DNA from: Deltaproteobacteria bacterium
GTDB taxonomy: Bacteria; Myxococcota; Kuafuiibacteriia; Kuafuiibacteriales; Kuafuiibacteriaceae
Assembly (NCBI GenBank): GCA_040218735.1
Contig: JAVJQW010000023.1
Location: forward strand, 448,001 to 512,000
Reading direction: 5' to 3'
Length of the DNA stretch: 64,000 nt
Shown here: positions 36,972 to 45,569 of the stretch, one piece after another
Layout: each line of letters begins with the position of its first letter
How positions within the stretch are numbered: the first letter of the stretch is position 1
Program-made: the position numbers and the translations under genes
Notes under the pieces: model-generated
What the model was told of the DNA's origin: nothing
The model's input: only the letters and a program-made list of their open reading frames with translations
The model's database searches: none

Positions 36972-38410
36972 CACTCCGTCAGCAACAACACCGCGCCCGT
37001 GACGGCGGCCGCGAGTCCGAGGCCCGCGGCGGAACCGGCGCCCACGGTCCACGCGTCCGCTTCGTCGAGGCGTTGTCGTCGCTGCACCTGATCGAGCTGA
37101 GCGTCTCCTGCGGATGCGCGACGATCCGCGGCCACGGCCATCAACACCGCACCGATCGCGAGCCCGGCGCCGCCTCCGATCGCGAGCCCCGCACCCCACC
37201 GCCGACGCGCGGGATCCTCCGGTGGTGAGGAGAGCGCGGTGAGGGTCTCGACTTCGCGCCCGAGTCGAAAGCCGCGCACGACGTCGGGGCTGAACGGCGT
37301 GGTGAAGAGCTGTTCGAACGCCTCGTGCGCGAGGCCGCGGGTGCCTTCGCGCTTCGGCTGGGCCTGGAGCGCCGACAGCTCGACCTCCCCCGTCGCGGCG
37401 GGGACCTCGAAGCGCACATCGTCGAGCTCGACCTCGTACGTGCCTGGCTCCAGCAGGCCGATGCGGAGCACGCGACCGCGCGCCTTGTGCAGGTCGACGT
37501 GGCGGAGCCCACGCGGATCCGTGATGCGCACGCGCCCCGCGACCGGTGCGTCGAGCGCGAGGCGGGGGGTGTCGGGGACCTTCAGCAGCGGCGCGTCCTG
37601 CAGGCCCTCGGGCGGGCGGATGAACACGTTGGGGCGGTAGCGCGCGATCGCAACGCCCTCGTTCGCGGCGGAGACGAACGCCCCGAGCTCGAAGTAGTCG
37701 ACGGCGCGATCCCCGTCGATGTCCGCCGCACCGAGTAACGCCGAGCGGACCTCATGCGAGAAGATGCCCGCGCTGAGCGCCGCGAATTCGTGGGACTCTG
37801 CGTCGTTGCTGGTCGACAGGACGAGCCCGACTCCGGGGCGAGGTTTCGGGCCGGCGTAGGCGCTCGGGGTCGTGGTCCGTTCGCCGCCGGGTCCTCGGCC
37901 CGAGACCATGAAGTACGATTTACACGCGTCGATGACGACGTGTTTGAGGTCGGCTTCGATCTGGGTGAGCAGCTCGCGTTCGAGGTCGTCGCGTGTCCAC
38001 CGCCCGTCGACGAGGTTGACGTAGCCGACGCCGTCGTCGACGTCGCCGTGACCCGCGTAGAAGAAGTGCACCTCGCTCCTGCGTCCGGCTTCGCGCGCGG
38101 CGGCGACCTGCTCCGCGACGCTGCGCAGCGTGCGCGACAGCTCCGCGCGGGTGGGTGCGCGCGCGATCGAAACGAGCCGCGGGTAGAGCGCCTGGGAGGG
38201 TGGATCGAAGACCGTGAGCAGGTGCGCGTGCACCGCGCCGAGCGAGACGAGCTCGAAGAATCGTGCGGCGTCGTCGTCGGCGAAGCGGAGGTCGTCCAGC
38301 TCGGCGCGATCGGCTTGGTTGTAGCCGACCACGATCGCAAAACGGTCCGGCGCGGCGGTGGTCGTCGTGGACGTTGCGCCCGCGAGCACGAGGAGTGCGA
38401 CGACGCTCAT
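36971..38410 (-). CDS. exported caspase-family (peptidase C14-like) protease with C-terminal TM helices
   Basis: FAIVVGYN, LRFADDDA, catalytic FYAGHG and IDAC, EF-hand-like DIDGDRAVDYFEL. Confidence 0.9.
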   Translation of the reverse strand: MSVVALLVLAGATSTTTTAAPDRFAIVVGYNQADRAELDDLRFADDDAARFFELVSLGAVHAHLLTVFDPPSQALYPRLVSIARAPTRAELSRTLRSVAEQVAAAREAGRRSEVHFFYAGHGDVDDGVGYVNLVDGRWTRDDLERELLTQIEADLKHVVIDACKSYFMVSGRGPGGERTTTPSAYAGPKPRPGVGLVLSTSNDAESHEFAALSAGIFSHEVRSALLGAADIDGDRAVDYFELGAFVSAANEGVAIARYRPNVFIRPPEGLQDAPLLKVPDTPRLALDAPVAGRVRITDPRGLRHVDLHKARGRVLRIGLLEPGTYEVELDDVRFEVPAATGEVELSALQAQPKREGTRGLAHEAFEQLFTTPFSPDVVRGFRLGREVETLTALSSPPEDPARRRWGAGLAIGGGAGLAIGAVLMAVAADRRASAGDAQLDQVQRRQRLDEADAWTVGAGSAAGLGLAAAVTGAVLLLTE

Positions 38411-39201
38411 GGCGCGGCCGGGCCTCGCGGTTCGACGTCGCTAGGTTGGACCTCATACGTATGGCAGTCGGTCTTCGCGTCACTCGGCCAGCGCCCGGAC
38501 CGTTCGAGCTCACGATCGACCGCGGCGACGTCGAGCGCCACCACCGTGAACAACCCACACACGCGCATCGGGCCGGGCGCGGGTTGGATGCGTACGACCT
38601 CCCCGAGCTCGCGGTCAGCAGCGCCCGCCTCGATGCGGACGCTCCGCGGGGACTGCGACGCGTCGGTGTACGCGGGGTGGAACCAGTGCGCGTGGCCCGC
38701 GGCGTCGAGCCCGACGACGGCGAGGTGGCGCGACTTGCTCTCGCGGAGGTTCGTATAGGCAAACGCCCAGCCCGCGTCCGCGGGGACGGAGGGGGTTGCG
38801 GGCTCCAGCCCTTCGCCCGACTCGAGGAAGACCGAGAGCCACGCCGTGCGACCGGTCGCCTCGCCGCCGCGCACCCCCACGCCGCCTTCGGGCCAGGCCA
38901 GGACCGCGATCAGGACACACGCGGCGGCGAGCCCGCCCGCCACCGCGAAGGTGGGGAGGCGACGAACGGGAGGGGCCTCTGCAACCTGTCTTGCGGGAGG
39001 GGCCCCGCGGGCGAGGAGACGTTCGAGCTGTGCGTTGGGGATGTCGGCGCCTTCGAGCCCGCGCTCCATCTCGACGAGCTTGCGGTACTCCGCGCGGAGC
39101 TCCTCCGACTCGCGCAAGAGAGCTTGCAGCTCGCGATCTTCCTCGGGCGACAGCGGGCCGTCGTGGAACTGCCGCTCGAGCAGCTCGCGCCCCCGGCTCA
39201 T
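38407..39201 (-). CDS. putative membrane anti-sigma factor
   Basis: ATGA overlap with the sigma stop; short helical cytoplasmic domain, one TM helix, VRGG, periplasmic domain with HWFHP. Confidence 0.7.
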   Translation of the reverse strand: MSRGRELLERQFHDGPLSPEEDRELQALLRESEELRAEYRKLVEMERGLEGADIPNAQLERLLARGAPPARQVAEAPPVRRLPTFAVAGGLAAACVLIAVLAWPEGGVGVRGGEATGRTAWLSVFLESGEGLEPATPSVPADAGWAFAYTNLRESKSRHLAVVGLDAAGHAHWFHPAYTDASQSPRSVRIEAGAADRELGEVVRIQPAPGPMRVCGLFTVVALDVAAVDRELERSGRWPSDAKTDCHTYEVQPSDVEPRGPAAP

Positions 39202-39761
39202 GGCCACCACCCCTTGGCGCTGAAGTACTTCGACGCGCGGCGACGTATCTGCACCAGCGTGCGGTACACCTGGTCCCGCGACATGCCGAGCTCGGCCCCC
39301 ACCTCGGCCTGCGACGCGACGTCGTGTTTGGCGTACTGCTCGAGCACAGCGCGCTCGCGATCGTCGAGCGCCTCCTTGAACTCACTCATGAGCGCCTGGA
39401 GCTCCTTGTGCTCGAGGTCGCGCGACTCGGCTTCGACGGGTTCGGAGGCTTCGGTGAGCGCGACCTCGCGGCCCTGGATTCGGGCGCGTCCCAGCGCGAG
39501 GTTGACGGCGATACGTCGGAGGTACGGCAGCGCGGGTCGGCTGGGATCGTAGTTGCCCTTCTCCACCTGCCCGAAGAACGCGGCAAAGGTCTCCTGCGTG
39601 AGGTCCTCGGCTTCGAATGGGTCCTCGACCCGATGGAAGCCGAGGCCTCCGCTCGCGCGCTGAAACCTGAAGCCTCGAGTCAGGACCGTCATGACGTACC
39701 CCACGTGCGATCTGTAGAACGCCTCGCGATCGGCCGGGGCTTCGCCGTGCGCGTCCGTCAA
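39198..39761 (-). CDS. ECF RNA polymerase sigma factor
   Basis: EAEDLTQETF, YDPSRP..PYLRRIAVN, region 4 SQAEVGAELGMSRDQV. Confidence 0.9.
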   Translation of the reverse strand: MTDAHGEAPADREAFYRSHVGYVMTVLTRGFRFQRASGGLGFHRVEDPFEAEDLTQETFAAFFGQVEKGNYDPSRPALPYLRRIAVNLALGRARIQGREVALTEASEPVEAESRDLEHKELQALMSEFKEALDDRERAVLEQYAKHDVASQAEVGAELGMSRDQVYRTLVQIRRRASKYFSAKGWWP

Positions 39762-39814
39762 CGACGGGCAGCGTAGGAACCAATCGAGGCCAGATCAAGC
39801 CGCGTACCGCGCGC

Positions 39815-41980
39815 CTAGTTGTTACACAGCGTCCCGCTGCTCACGCCGCTCGCGATCACTTCGGGCACGACGCCGAGGAACTGCACACGGGCGCAGGACG
39901 GCATCACGAGGTTGGGCTCGATCGCCACGCCCGCGTTCGAACCCGACTCCAGGAGCAGGTCGGCGATCCATAGGCGCACGGGGTCCGGGCGCCCGCGAAT
40001 GACGAGGTTGGCCTGCAACCCACGGTACGCGGCGCGACCGCCGTGCGCGATGACGACGTGTTCGAGGCGATTGGCGACGTGGTCGCTCGACTCGAACCGA
40101 ATACCGTCCCAGTAACCCGGCGTCGCGACCTCACCGGCGAAGATGATCGGTTCGGTCATGGTGCCGGGCGCGGCCAGGCTCCCGCTCTGCAAGATGAACA
40201 GCTCGGCGCCCTCGCGGAACCGCAGCTCGGTACCGGCGGCGATCGCGAGCGGCGCGACCACCCACAGATCGCCGAGCTGATACGGGACGTTGATCGCCGC
40301 CAGCTCGCCGCCGACCCGAAGTGGGTTCGTCCCGGGGCGATCGACGACGACGACGCGGTCGACGTCGTTGGCCGAGTAGCTGGACTGGTTGTCGAGTTGG
40401 AGCGCGACCTCCGGCGAGACGTGCGCCGCGCCGAGTGTGTTCTCGGTGAGCGTGACCTGCGAGAAGTCGAGGGTCACCTGCGTCGCCGCGGCGAGCCCGT
40501 AGCCGGCGCTGCGTCGGGAGATGGTCTCGACAACGGCCAACCGCGCGGGACCGCTCCAGTCCGAGATCGCGATGTTGCCGCGCTGACCGCGATACTCGAT
40601 GCCGCCGCCGTGCACGACCTCGACGCGCTGGAGCGCGTTCTCGATGCGATCACTCCCGTCGAAGACGAGCCCCGACCAATGGCCGCGGCGATCCATGTCG
40701 CCTTCGATGACCGTCTCCTGCGGCGCGATGGCTCGCAAGGTACCTTGCGGGCGCACGAACCACTCGACGTTCTGGGCGACCCGGATGTGGAGGTCCGGTC
40801 CGAGCTCGAGGCGAGCCTCGACGTCGAGGTTGCCCGTCAGGTGGTAGGGCACGTCGAGCTTCGGCCACGTCGCGTCGCGGAGGAGGCGCCCGCCCTCGGA
40901 CGCGCCACCGCGGATCTCCACTTCATCGCGACCGTTGCCGGTGAGGGTGGCGGCCGACGTGAGTTGTCCGATCGCGTCCGCCGGCATGCGGATCGGCGCG
41001 AGCTCACTGCCGGTGATCGTGATCGTGTCGAAGGCCTCGAGTGTGATCACGTCCGTGTCGAGGCCGTACGCGGCGTTGTCACGCAACGTGAGGTTGGAGA
41101 GCGAGACCCGCGTCGCGTTGCCCTGCAGGACCAGCCCGCCCTGTCGCCCGCGGTAGACGTCGCGGCCGGCGTCGGTGATCTCGACGTAGCGAAGCGCGTT
41201 CTCGAGCTGGTCGGATTCGCTGAACATCACGCCGTCCCAAGAGCCCGGCGCCGAGGTCTCGCCGCGGAGGAGGATCGGCGACATCGCGGTACCGACCGCC
41301 GAGAGGACGCCGGTGACGAAGAGTCGCGCGTCGTCGTGGAAGACCACCGTCACACCCGGCTCGATGCGGAGCGTCCCTTGGACGGTCAGCTCGGTCGGCA
41401 CTTCGAAACAACCACCGGCGGCCAGGACCACCTCGCCATCGATGCGAGGTCCGTCGATGACCATCGGGGTGGCGCAGTCGCCGACGTAGGCTTCGCCGCG
41501 CACGCACCGGGCGAGCTCGGGCGCGAAGACCGTGCCCGGACCGCACACGTCCATCGTCGGGAGGCACTGTCCGTTCAGCTCGGCGGTGCCGGGTCCGCAG
41601 CTGACGTTGCCGGCCACGCAGGTGCGCGTCGCGGTGTCGAACTGCGTGCCCGCGCCGCAGGCGGCGGGGGCGACGACGCAGCTGTCGCCGCCCATCGAGA
41701 CCACCGTGCCGGCCGCGCAGGTCACGCCGCCGGCGGTCGGTACACAGGCCATCGATTCGAGGCGTGTCCCGGGACCGCACTGGATCGCGGCGGCGTCGCC
41801 GATGCACTGGCCCGCGGCGGCATCGAATTGGCTGCCGGCGCCGCAGACGGTCGCGGCCGGGACGCAGCGACCGTCGATGTTCATGGTGGCGTCCCCGCAG
41901 ACGACGGGTTCACAGCCGGTCGCCGCGAGGCCGGCGAAGAGGAAGAGGAGGGAGCGAGCGTGGAGTGTTCGGGGTTCCAT
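39815..41980 (-). CDS. lipoprotein with CGPGT Cys repeats and three beta-helix modules
   Basis: Start MEPRT at 41980; lipobox ATGC; CGxGTxxxxxxC repeats; IEPGV..GT..PI..GxWDG..SD..EN.L three times; similar to the 33292 gene. Confidence 0.8.
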   Translation of the reverse strand: MEPRTLHARSLLFLFAGLAATGCEPVVCGDATMNIDGRCVPAATVCGAGSQFDAAAGQCIGDAAAIQCGPGTRLESMACVPTAGGVTCAAGTVVSMGGDSCVVAPAACGAGTQFDTATRTCVAGNVSCGPGTAELNGQCLPTMDVCGPGTVFAPELARCVRGEAYVGDCATPMVIDGPRIDGEVVLAAGGCFEVPTELTVQGTLRIEPGVTVVFHDDARLFVTGVLSAVGTAMSPILLRGETSAPGSWDGVMFSESDQLENALRYVEITDAGRDVYRGRQGGLVLQGNATRVSLSNLTLRDNAAYGLDTDVITLEAFDTITITGSELAPIRMPADAIGQLTSAATLTGNGRDEVEIRGGASEGGRLLRDATWPKLDVPYHLTGNLDVEARLELGPDLHIRVAQNVEWFVRPQGTLRAIAPQETVIEGDMDRRGHWSGLVFDGSDRIENALQRVEVVHGGGIEYRGQRGNIAISDWSGPARLAVVETISRRSAGYGLAAATQVTLDFSQVTLTENTLGAAHVSPEVALQLDNQSSYSANDVDRVVVVDRPGTNPLRVGGELAAINVPYQLGDLWVVAPLAIAAGTELRFREGAELFILQSGSLAAPGTMTEPIIFAGEVATPGYWDGIRFESSDHVANRLEHVVIAHGGRAAYRGLQANLVIRGRPDPVRLWIADLLLESGSNAGVAIEPNLVMPSCARVQFLGVVPEVIASGVSSGTLCNN

Positions 41981-42024
41981 GACCGTCCCTTCGAGGCCGC
42001 GAGGATCCTGCGCGGACTTTTTTC
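41981..42024 (-). promoter_or_regulatory. conserved upstream motif copy B (putative ECF promoter)
   Basis: Minus strand GAAAAAAGTCCGCGCAG-N11-CCTCGAAGGGACGGTC directly before ATG 41980. Confidence 0.7.
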
Positions 42025-42724
42025 CCAGGGCCGCGCCGGGTGGGCGCCGCAAAGTGGGCGAATGTGCGAGGGAACACCGACGAACCGGTCCGCGGATCGG
42101 GCTATCATCGGGGCGATGCGGGCGCGTCTGGATGGGCCCGAGTCACGGCGGATCGCGGACGCCACGCCGGTCGAGTCAAGAGGGCGTAGCTGGATCCGAC
42201 GCTCGAGCAACGTGCCCGATGTCGGAGCGGAGCGGGCGCCTGGGCAGCGCGTCGCATCTGGCGGGGCGTTGGGTCGAAGCTCCCCGGGTCAGACCACTCA
42301 TCAGATCGCTGGCGAGCGGCAACTCGAGAAGCGGAGCGATGGCGGCGGGCGGGGACCTCTTCGTAGGGAATCAGTTCGGCTCGCCCACCGCGGCAAACAG
42401 CGAAGCCGAGTGGCCACACCCGGCGAGACGAACGGCTTCTGACCGGAGGGGAGGTCCCCGGCCGTCGCCGAAAGCGAAGCCGAGCCTGGGCACTCCCACC
42501 CCGGCTATCTGATACGGCCTCTTAGGCCATAACGCCGCTCCGCGTCGCGGACCGCCTTGGCACAGTCCTCAGTCCCGCCGCATTCGCGGCGGGCTTCGAC
42601 CTAGTCGGCGGGACGCAAGGACCTGCGCATTCCGGCGGGCGCTTGCTCGCGGCCCCGCGCGGTCGGCGGGGCCGCTCTCCTACAACCCGCCGATAGCCCC
42701 TGGCTTTCGGCGGCCGCTGCCCGC

Positions 42725-42740
42725 TGGCACGTGCGCTGCG
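42725..42740 (+). promoter_or_regulatory. candidate sigma-54 (-24/-12) promoter
   Basis: TGGCACGTGCGCTGCG matches TGGCAC-N5-YTGC with correct GG/GC spacing, just upstream of the ECF gene. Confidence 0.45.
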
Positions 42741-42741
42741 A

Positions 42742-43302
42742 ATGCGGCGGCGCATGACCCAGCGTACCCCCGCGATTTCGACGCTCGATGAACATCTCCC
42801 GACGGTCGTCGCCTGGGCGACACGTCTGTGCGGCCCTAGCTTGGACCCGGAAGACATCGCGCACGACGCGTTGATCACCGCGATGCGTCGACTGCCGACG
42901 CTCCGCGATCCGGAGCGCCTCGAAGCGTGGCTGTTCGGCATCACGCGCCGCACGGTTGCCGGCCACCGACGGAACGCCTGGATGCGACGTTGGGTCGGCG
43001 CACCGGACATGCCGCCCGCCGACACCACTGCGCTCCCCTTCGAGATGCTCAGCACCAAACGCCGCGCGGAACACGTCCAGCGGCTCCTCGAGAAGGTCCC
43101 GGCCAAGCAGCGCGAAGTGCTCGTCCTGATCTGCGTCGAAGACCGCACGTCGGTCGAGGCCGCCGAGATCCTCGGCGTCCCCGAGGGCACCGTTCGCAGC
43201 CGGCTCCGCATCGGTAAGGCGCGGCTGAGGAAGCTCGTCTCCGCGTCGCGGTCGCTCGAACACGAGGGTGATCGAATCTTCCTCGCCACCGCACTGCGCT
43301 GA
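42742..43302 (+). CDS. ECF RNA polymerase sigma factor
   Basis: DPEDIAHDAL, AWLFGITRR, EAAEILGVPEGTVRSRL; start may be ATG 42754. Confidence 0.92.
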   Translation: MRRRMTQRTPAISTLDEHLPTVVAWATRLCGPSLDPEDIAHDALITAMRRLPTLRDPERLEAWLFGITRRTVAGHRRNAWMRRWVGAPDMPPADTTALPFEMLSTKRRAEHVQRLLEKVPAKQREVLVLICVEDRTSVEAAEILGVPEGTVRSRLRIGKARLRKLVSASRSLEHEGDRIFLATALR

Positions 43303-43314
43303 GGAGTGACGGAA

Positions 43315-45546
43315 ATGAAGCGCCCAAACGTTGTCTGCTCCCTACTGATCCTCCTCGCCGCCTGCGCGTCCGAACCGGAGGTCCTCGTCTGTACCGACGG
43401 CGCCCGCGAATGCGGCGGCGCCTGTATCGACACCTCGTCGGACCCGCGACACTGCGGCGGATGCGGCGTCAGCTGCCAGGCCGGGGACGCCTGCGAGAAC
43501 GGCCTCTGCATCCTCGACTGCGGTTCGCTCGACCGCTGCGACAGCGGCTGCGCCGACCTCTCGCTCGATCCTGCGAACTGTGGCGCGTGCGGCACGGCGT
43601 GTTCGGCGGGCGAAGTGTGCGGCGACGGTCAATGCGGGCTGTCCTGCCCCGAGGGGCTGACCGAGTGCGGCGCATCGTGTCGCGCGCTCTCGGAAGACCG
43701 CCTGAACTGCGGCGCGTGCGGAAACGCCTGCGCCGAGGGTGAGATCTGCTCCGACGGCGGGTGCGCGCTCTCCTGTCAGCCGGGCCTGACGATCTGCGAC
43801 GACGTCTGCCGGGACATCCTCACCGACACCCGCCACTGCGGAGCGTGCGGCGAGTCTTGTGGCACGGGCGAAGCGTGCATCGACGGCTCGTGCACCCTCA
43901 CCTGCCCCGAAGAACAGACGGCCTGCAACGGAGCTTGCGTCGACGTGCTCACCGACGCCGCGCACTGCGGCGCCTGCGGTGAAGCCTGCGGTGTCGACGG
44001 GCGATGCCGCGATGGCGTGTGTGAGCTGTTCTGCTCGTCCGGTCTCGAGGCCTGTGGCGGCGCCTGCCGCGACATCTCGGCCGACCCGAACAACTGCGGC
44101 GCGTGTGGTGTGGTCTGCGCGGCCGGTGAGGTGTGTTCGTTCGGCGCGTGCAACCTGGCTTGCGAAACTCAGCTCACGCCTTGCGGCGGTTCCTGTCGCG
44201 ACCTTTCGACGGACCGATCGAACTGCGGAGCGTGCGGCTTCGCGTGCGCCGCCGGCGAAGTCTGCACCGCGGGCGCGTGCCTCCTCTCCTGCCAAGCCGG
44301 CCTCACCGAGTGTGGCGGTACGTGCCGGGACCTCGCGAGCGACGCCTCACACTGCGGCGCGTGCGGTAGCGCCTGCGCCGCCGGCGAGGTCTGCGCCGCG
44401 GGGGTGTGCGCGGTCGAGTGCCCCACCGCCCTCGCGGAGTGCGGCGGGACGTGCCGGGACCTCGACAGCGACGCCTCGCACTGCGGCGCGTGTGGCAACG
44501 CGTGCGCCGCGGGCGAGCGATGCGCGGGAGGCCAGTGCGAAGTCTCGTGCCAGGCGGGCCTGAACGAATGCGGTGGGCAGTGTCGAGACCTCGCGACCGA
44601 TCGCAGCCACTGCGGCGCGTGCGGGGTGGCGTGCGCCGCGGGAGAGATCTGCACCGCCGGCGTCTGCGCCCTGTCGTGCCAAGTGGGCCTCACCGACTGC
44701 GGCGGCATCTGCCGTGACCTCGCAACCGACGTGCTGGCGTGCGGCGCGTGCGGAACGACCTGCGCGTTGACCGAAACCTGCGCCTCGGGACTCTGCTGCG
44801 CGAGCGGATTCGACAACTGCGGCGGCGCCTGCACGGACGTCACGAGCGACGCCGCGAACTGCGGCGGGTGCGGCATCGCGTGCGGTGCAGCGCAGGTCTG
44901 CAACGCGGGGACGTGCTCGAACCCCGTCGGTGCGGTGGTCATCATCGGCCACGACTACTTCGCGTCGCCGCCGGCTCAGGACCTCGTGCTGGCCAACGCG
45001 ATCCTCGACGTGACGCAGCTGTCGGGCACGGTCGACGTCGTCGCCTATATCGAACACGCGGATCTCGCGGGGGAGTGGGCGCGGTCGCGCTCGATCATCG
45101 AGACACGCGCCGGCATCGTCGGGCGTTCGATCACGGTCACGGAGGCCTCCTCCGCCGCAGCCGTCGCGACGCAGCTGCCCAGCGCGGAGGTGCTCTACAT
45201 CCCGGAGCAGGAGCTCGCGTTCATCGGCGACCTGACGCCGGTCGGCCTGGCGCTCGAGCCCGACATCGCAGCGTTCCTCGCCCGCGGTGGTGTCGTCGTG
45301 ATGAGCGACTACAGCACGCTTCGGATGCACGAGCTCTTGCGGTCGGCGGTCGGAACCGTGCCTCAGGAGGCCTTCGCCCTGAACCCGATCACCACCGTCC
45401 CGGCGAGCACCGACCCGATCACCGTCGGCGTCACGACATACGTCGGCGCGAGCGCAACCCTCAGCTTCGGCGGCGTCCCGGCCGGCGGGACCGCTCTACT
45501 CGTCGACGCGTCGGGACGCCCGGTCGTGTTCCGCATCGACTTCTAG
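43315..45546 (+). CDS. Cys-rich repeat lipoprotein (Stig1 / MXAN_6577-like repeats)
   Basis: Lipobox LAAC; 12 repeats of ~43 aa with 8 Cys (CxxxLxxCGGxCRDLxxDxx(H/N)CGACGxxCxxGExCxxGxC); alpha/beta C-terminal domain. Confidence 0.85.
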   Translation: MKRPNVVCSLLILLAACASEPEVLVCTDGARECGGACIDTSSDPRHCGGCGVSCQAGDACENGLCILDCGSLDRCDSGCADLSLDPANCGACGTACSAGEVCGDGQCGLSCPEGLTECGASCRALSEDRLNCGACGNACAEGEICSDGGCALSCQPGLTICDDVCRDILTDTRHCGACGESCGTGEACIDGSCTLTCPEEQTACNGACVDVLTDAAHCGACGEACGVDGRCRDGVCELFCSSGLEACGGACRDISADPNNCGACGVVCAAGEVCSFGACNLACETQLTPCGGSCRDLSTDRSNCGACGFACAAGEVCTAGACLLSCQAGLTECGGTCRDLASDASHCGACGSACAAGEVCAAGVCAVECPTALAECGGTCRDLDSDASHCGACGNACAAGERCAGGQCEVSCQAGLNECGGQCRDLATDRSHCGACGVACAAGEICTAGVCALSCQVGLTDCGGICRDLATDVLACGACGTTCALTETCASGLCCASGFDNCGGACTDVTSDAANCGGCGIACGAAQVCNAGTCSNPVGAVVIIGHDYFASPPAQDLVLANAILDVTQLSGTVDVVAYIEHADLAGEWARSRSIIETRAGIVGRSITVTEASSAAAVATQLPSAEVLYIPEQELAFIGDLTPVGLALEPDIAAFLARGGVVVMSDYSTLRMHELLRSAVGTVPQEAFALNPITTVPASTDPITVGVTTYVGASATLSFGGVPAGGTALLVDASGRPVVFRIDF

Positions 45547-45569
45547 AACCCACAGGAAAGGAGACCCTC

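Noticed and set aside
42105-42419. 104-aa minus-strand ORF in the large intergenic region
   Set aside because: No RBS, atypical codon use and no recognisable motif; cannot be supported as a gene or pseudogene
42385-42625. c-di-GMP-I riboswitch (GGCAAAC near 42392 and GGGACGCAAGG near 42610)
   Set aside because: The two elements are over 200 nt apart, with no GNRA-capped P2 stem between them
42742-43302. Phosphorylation-activated ECF (EcfK/EcfP type), suggested by the kinase in the operon
   Set aside because: Region 2.2 keeps the acidic DPED motif rather than the Ser/Thr-containing substitute
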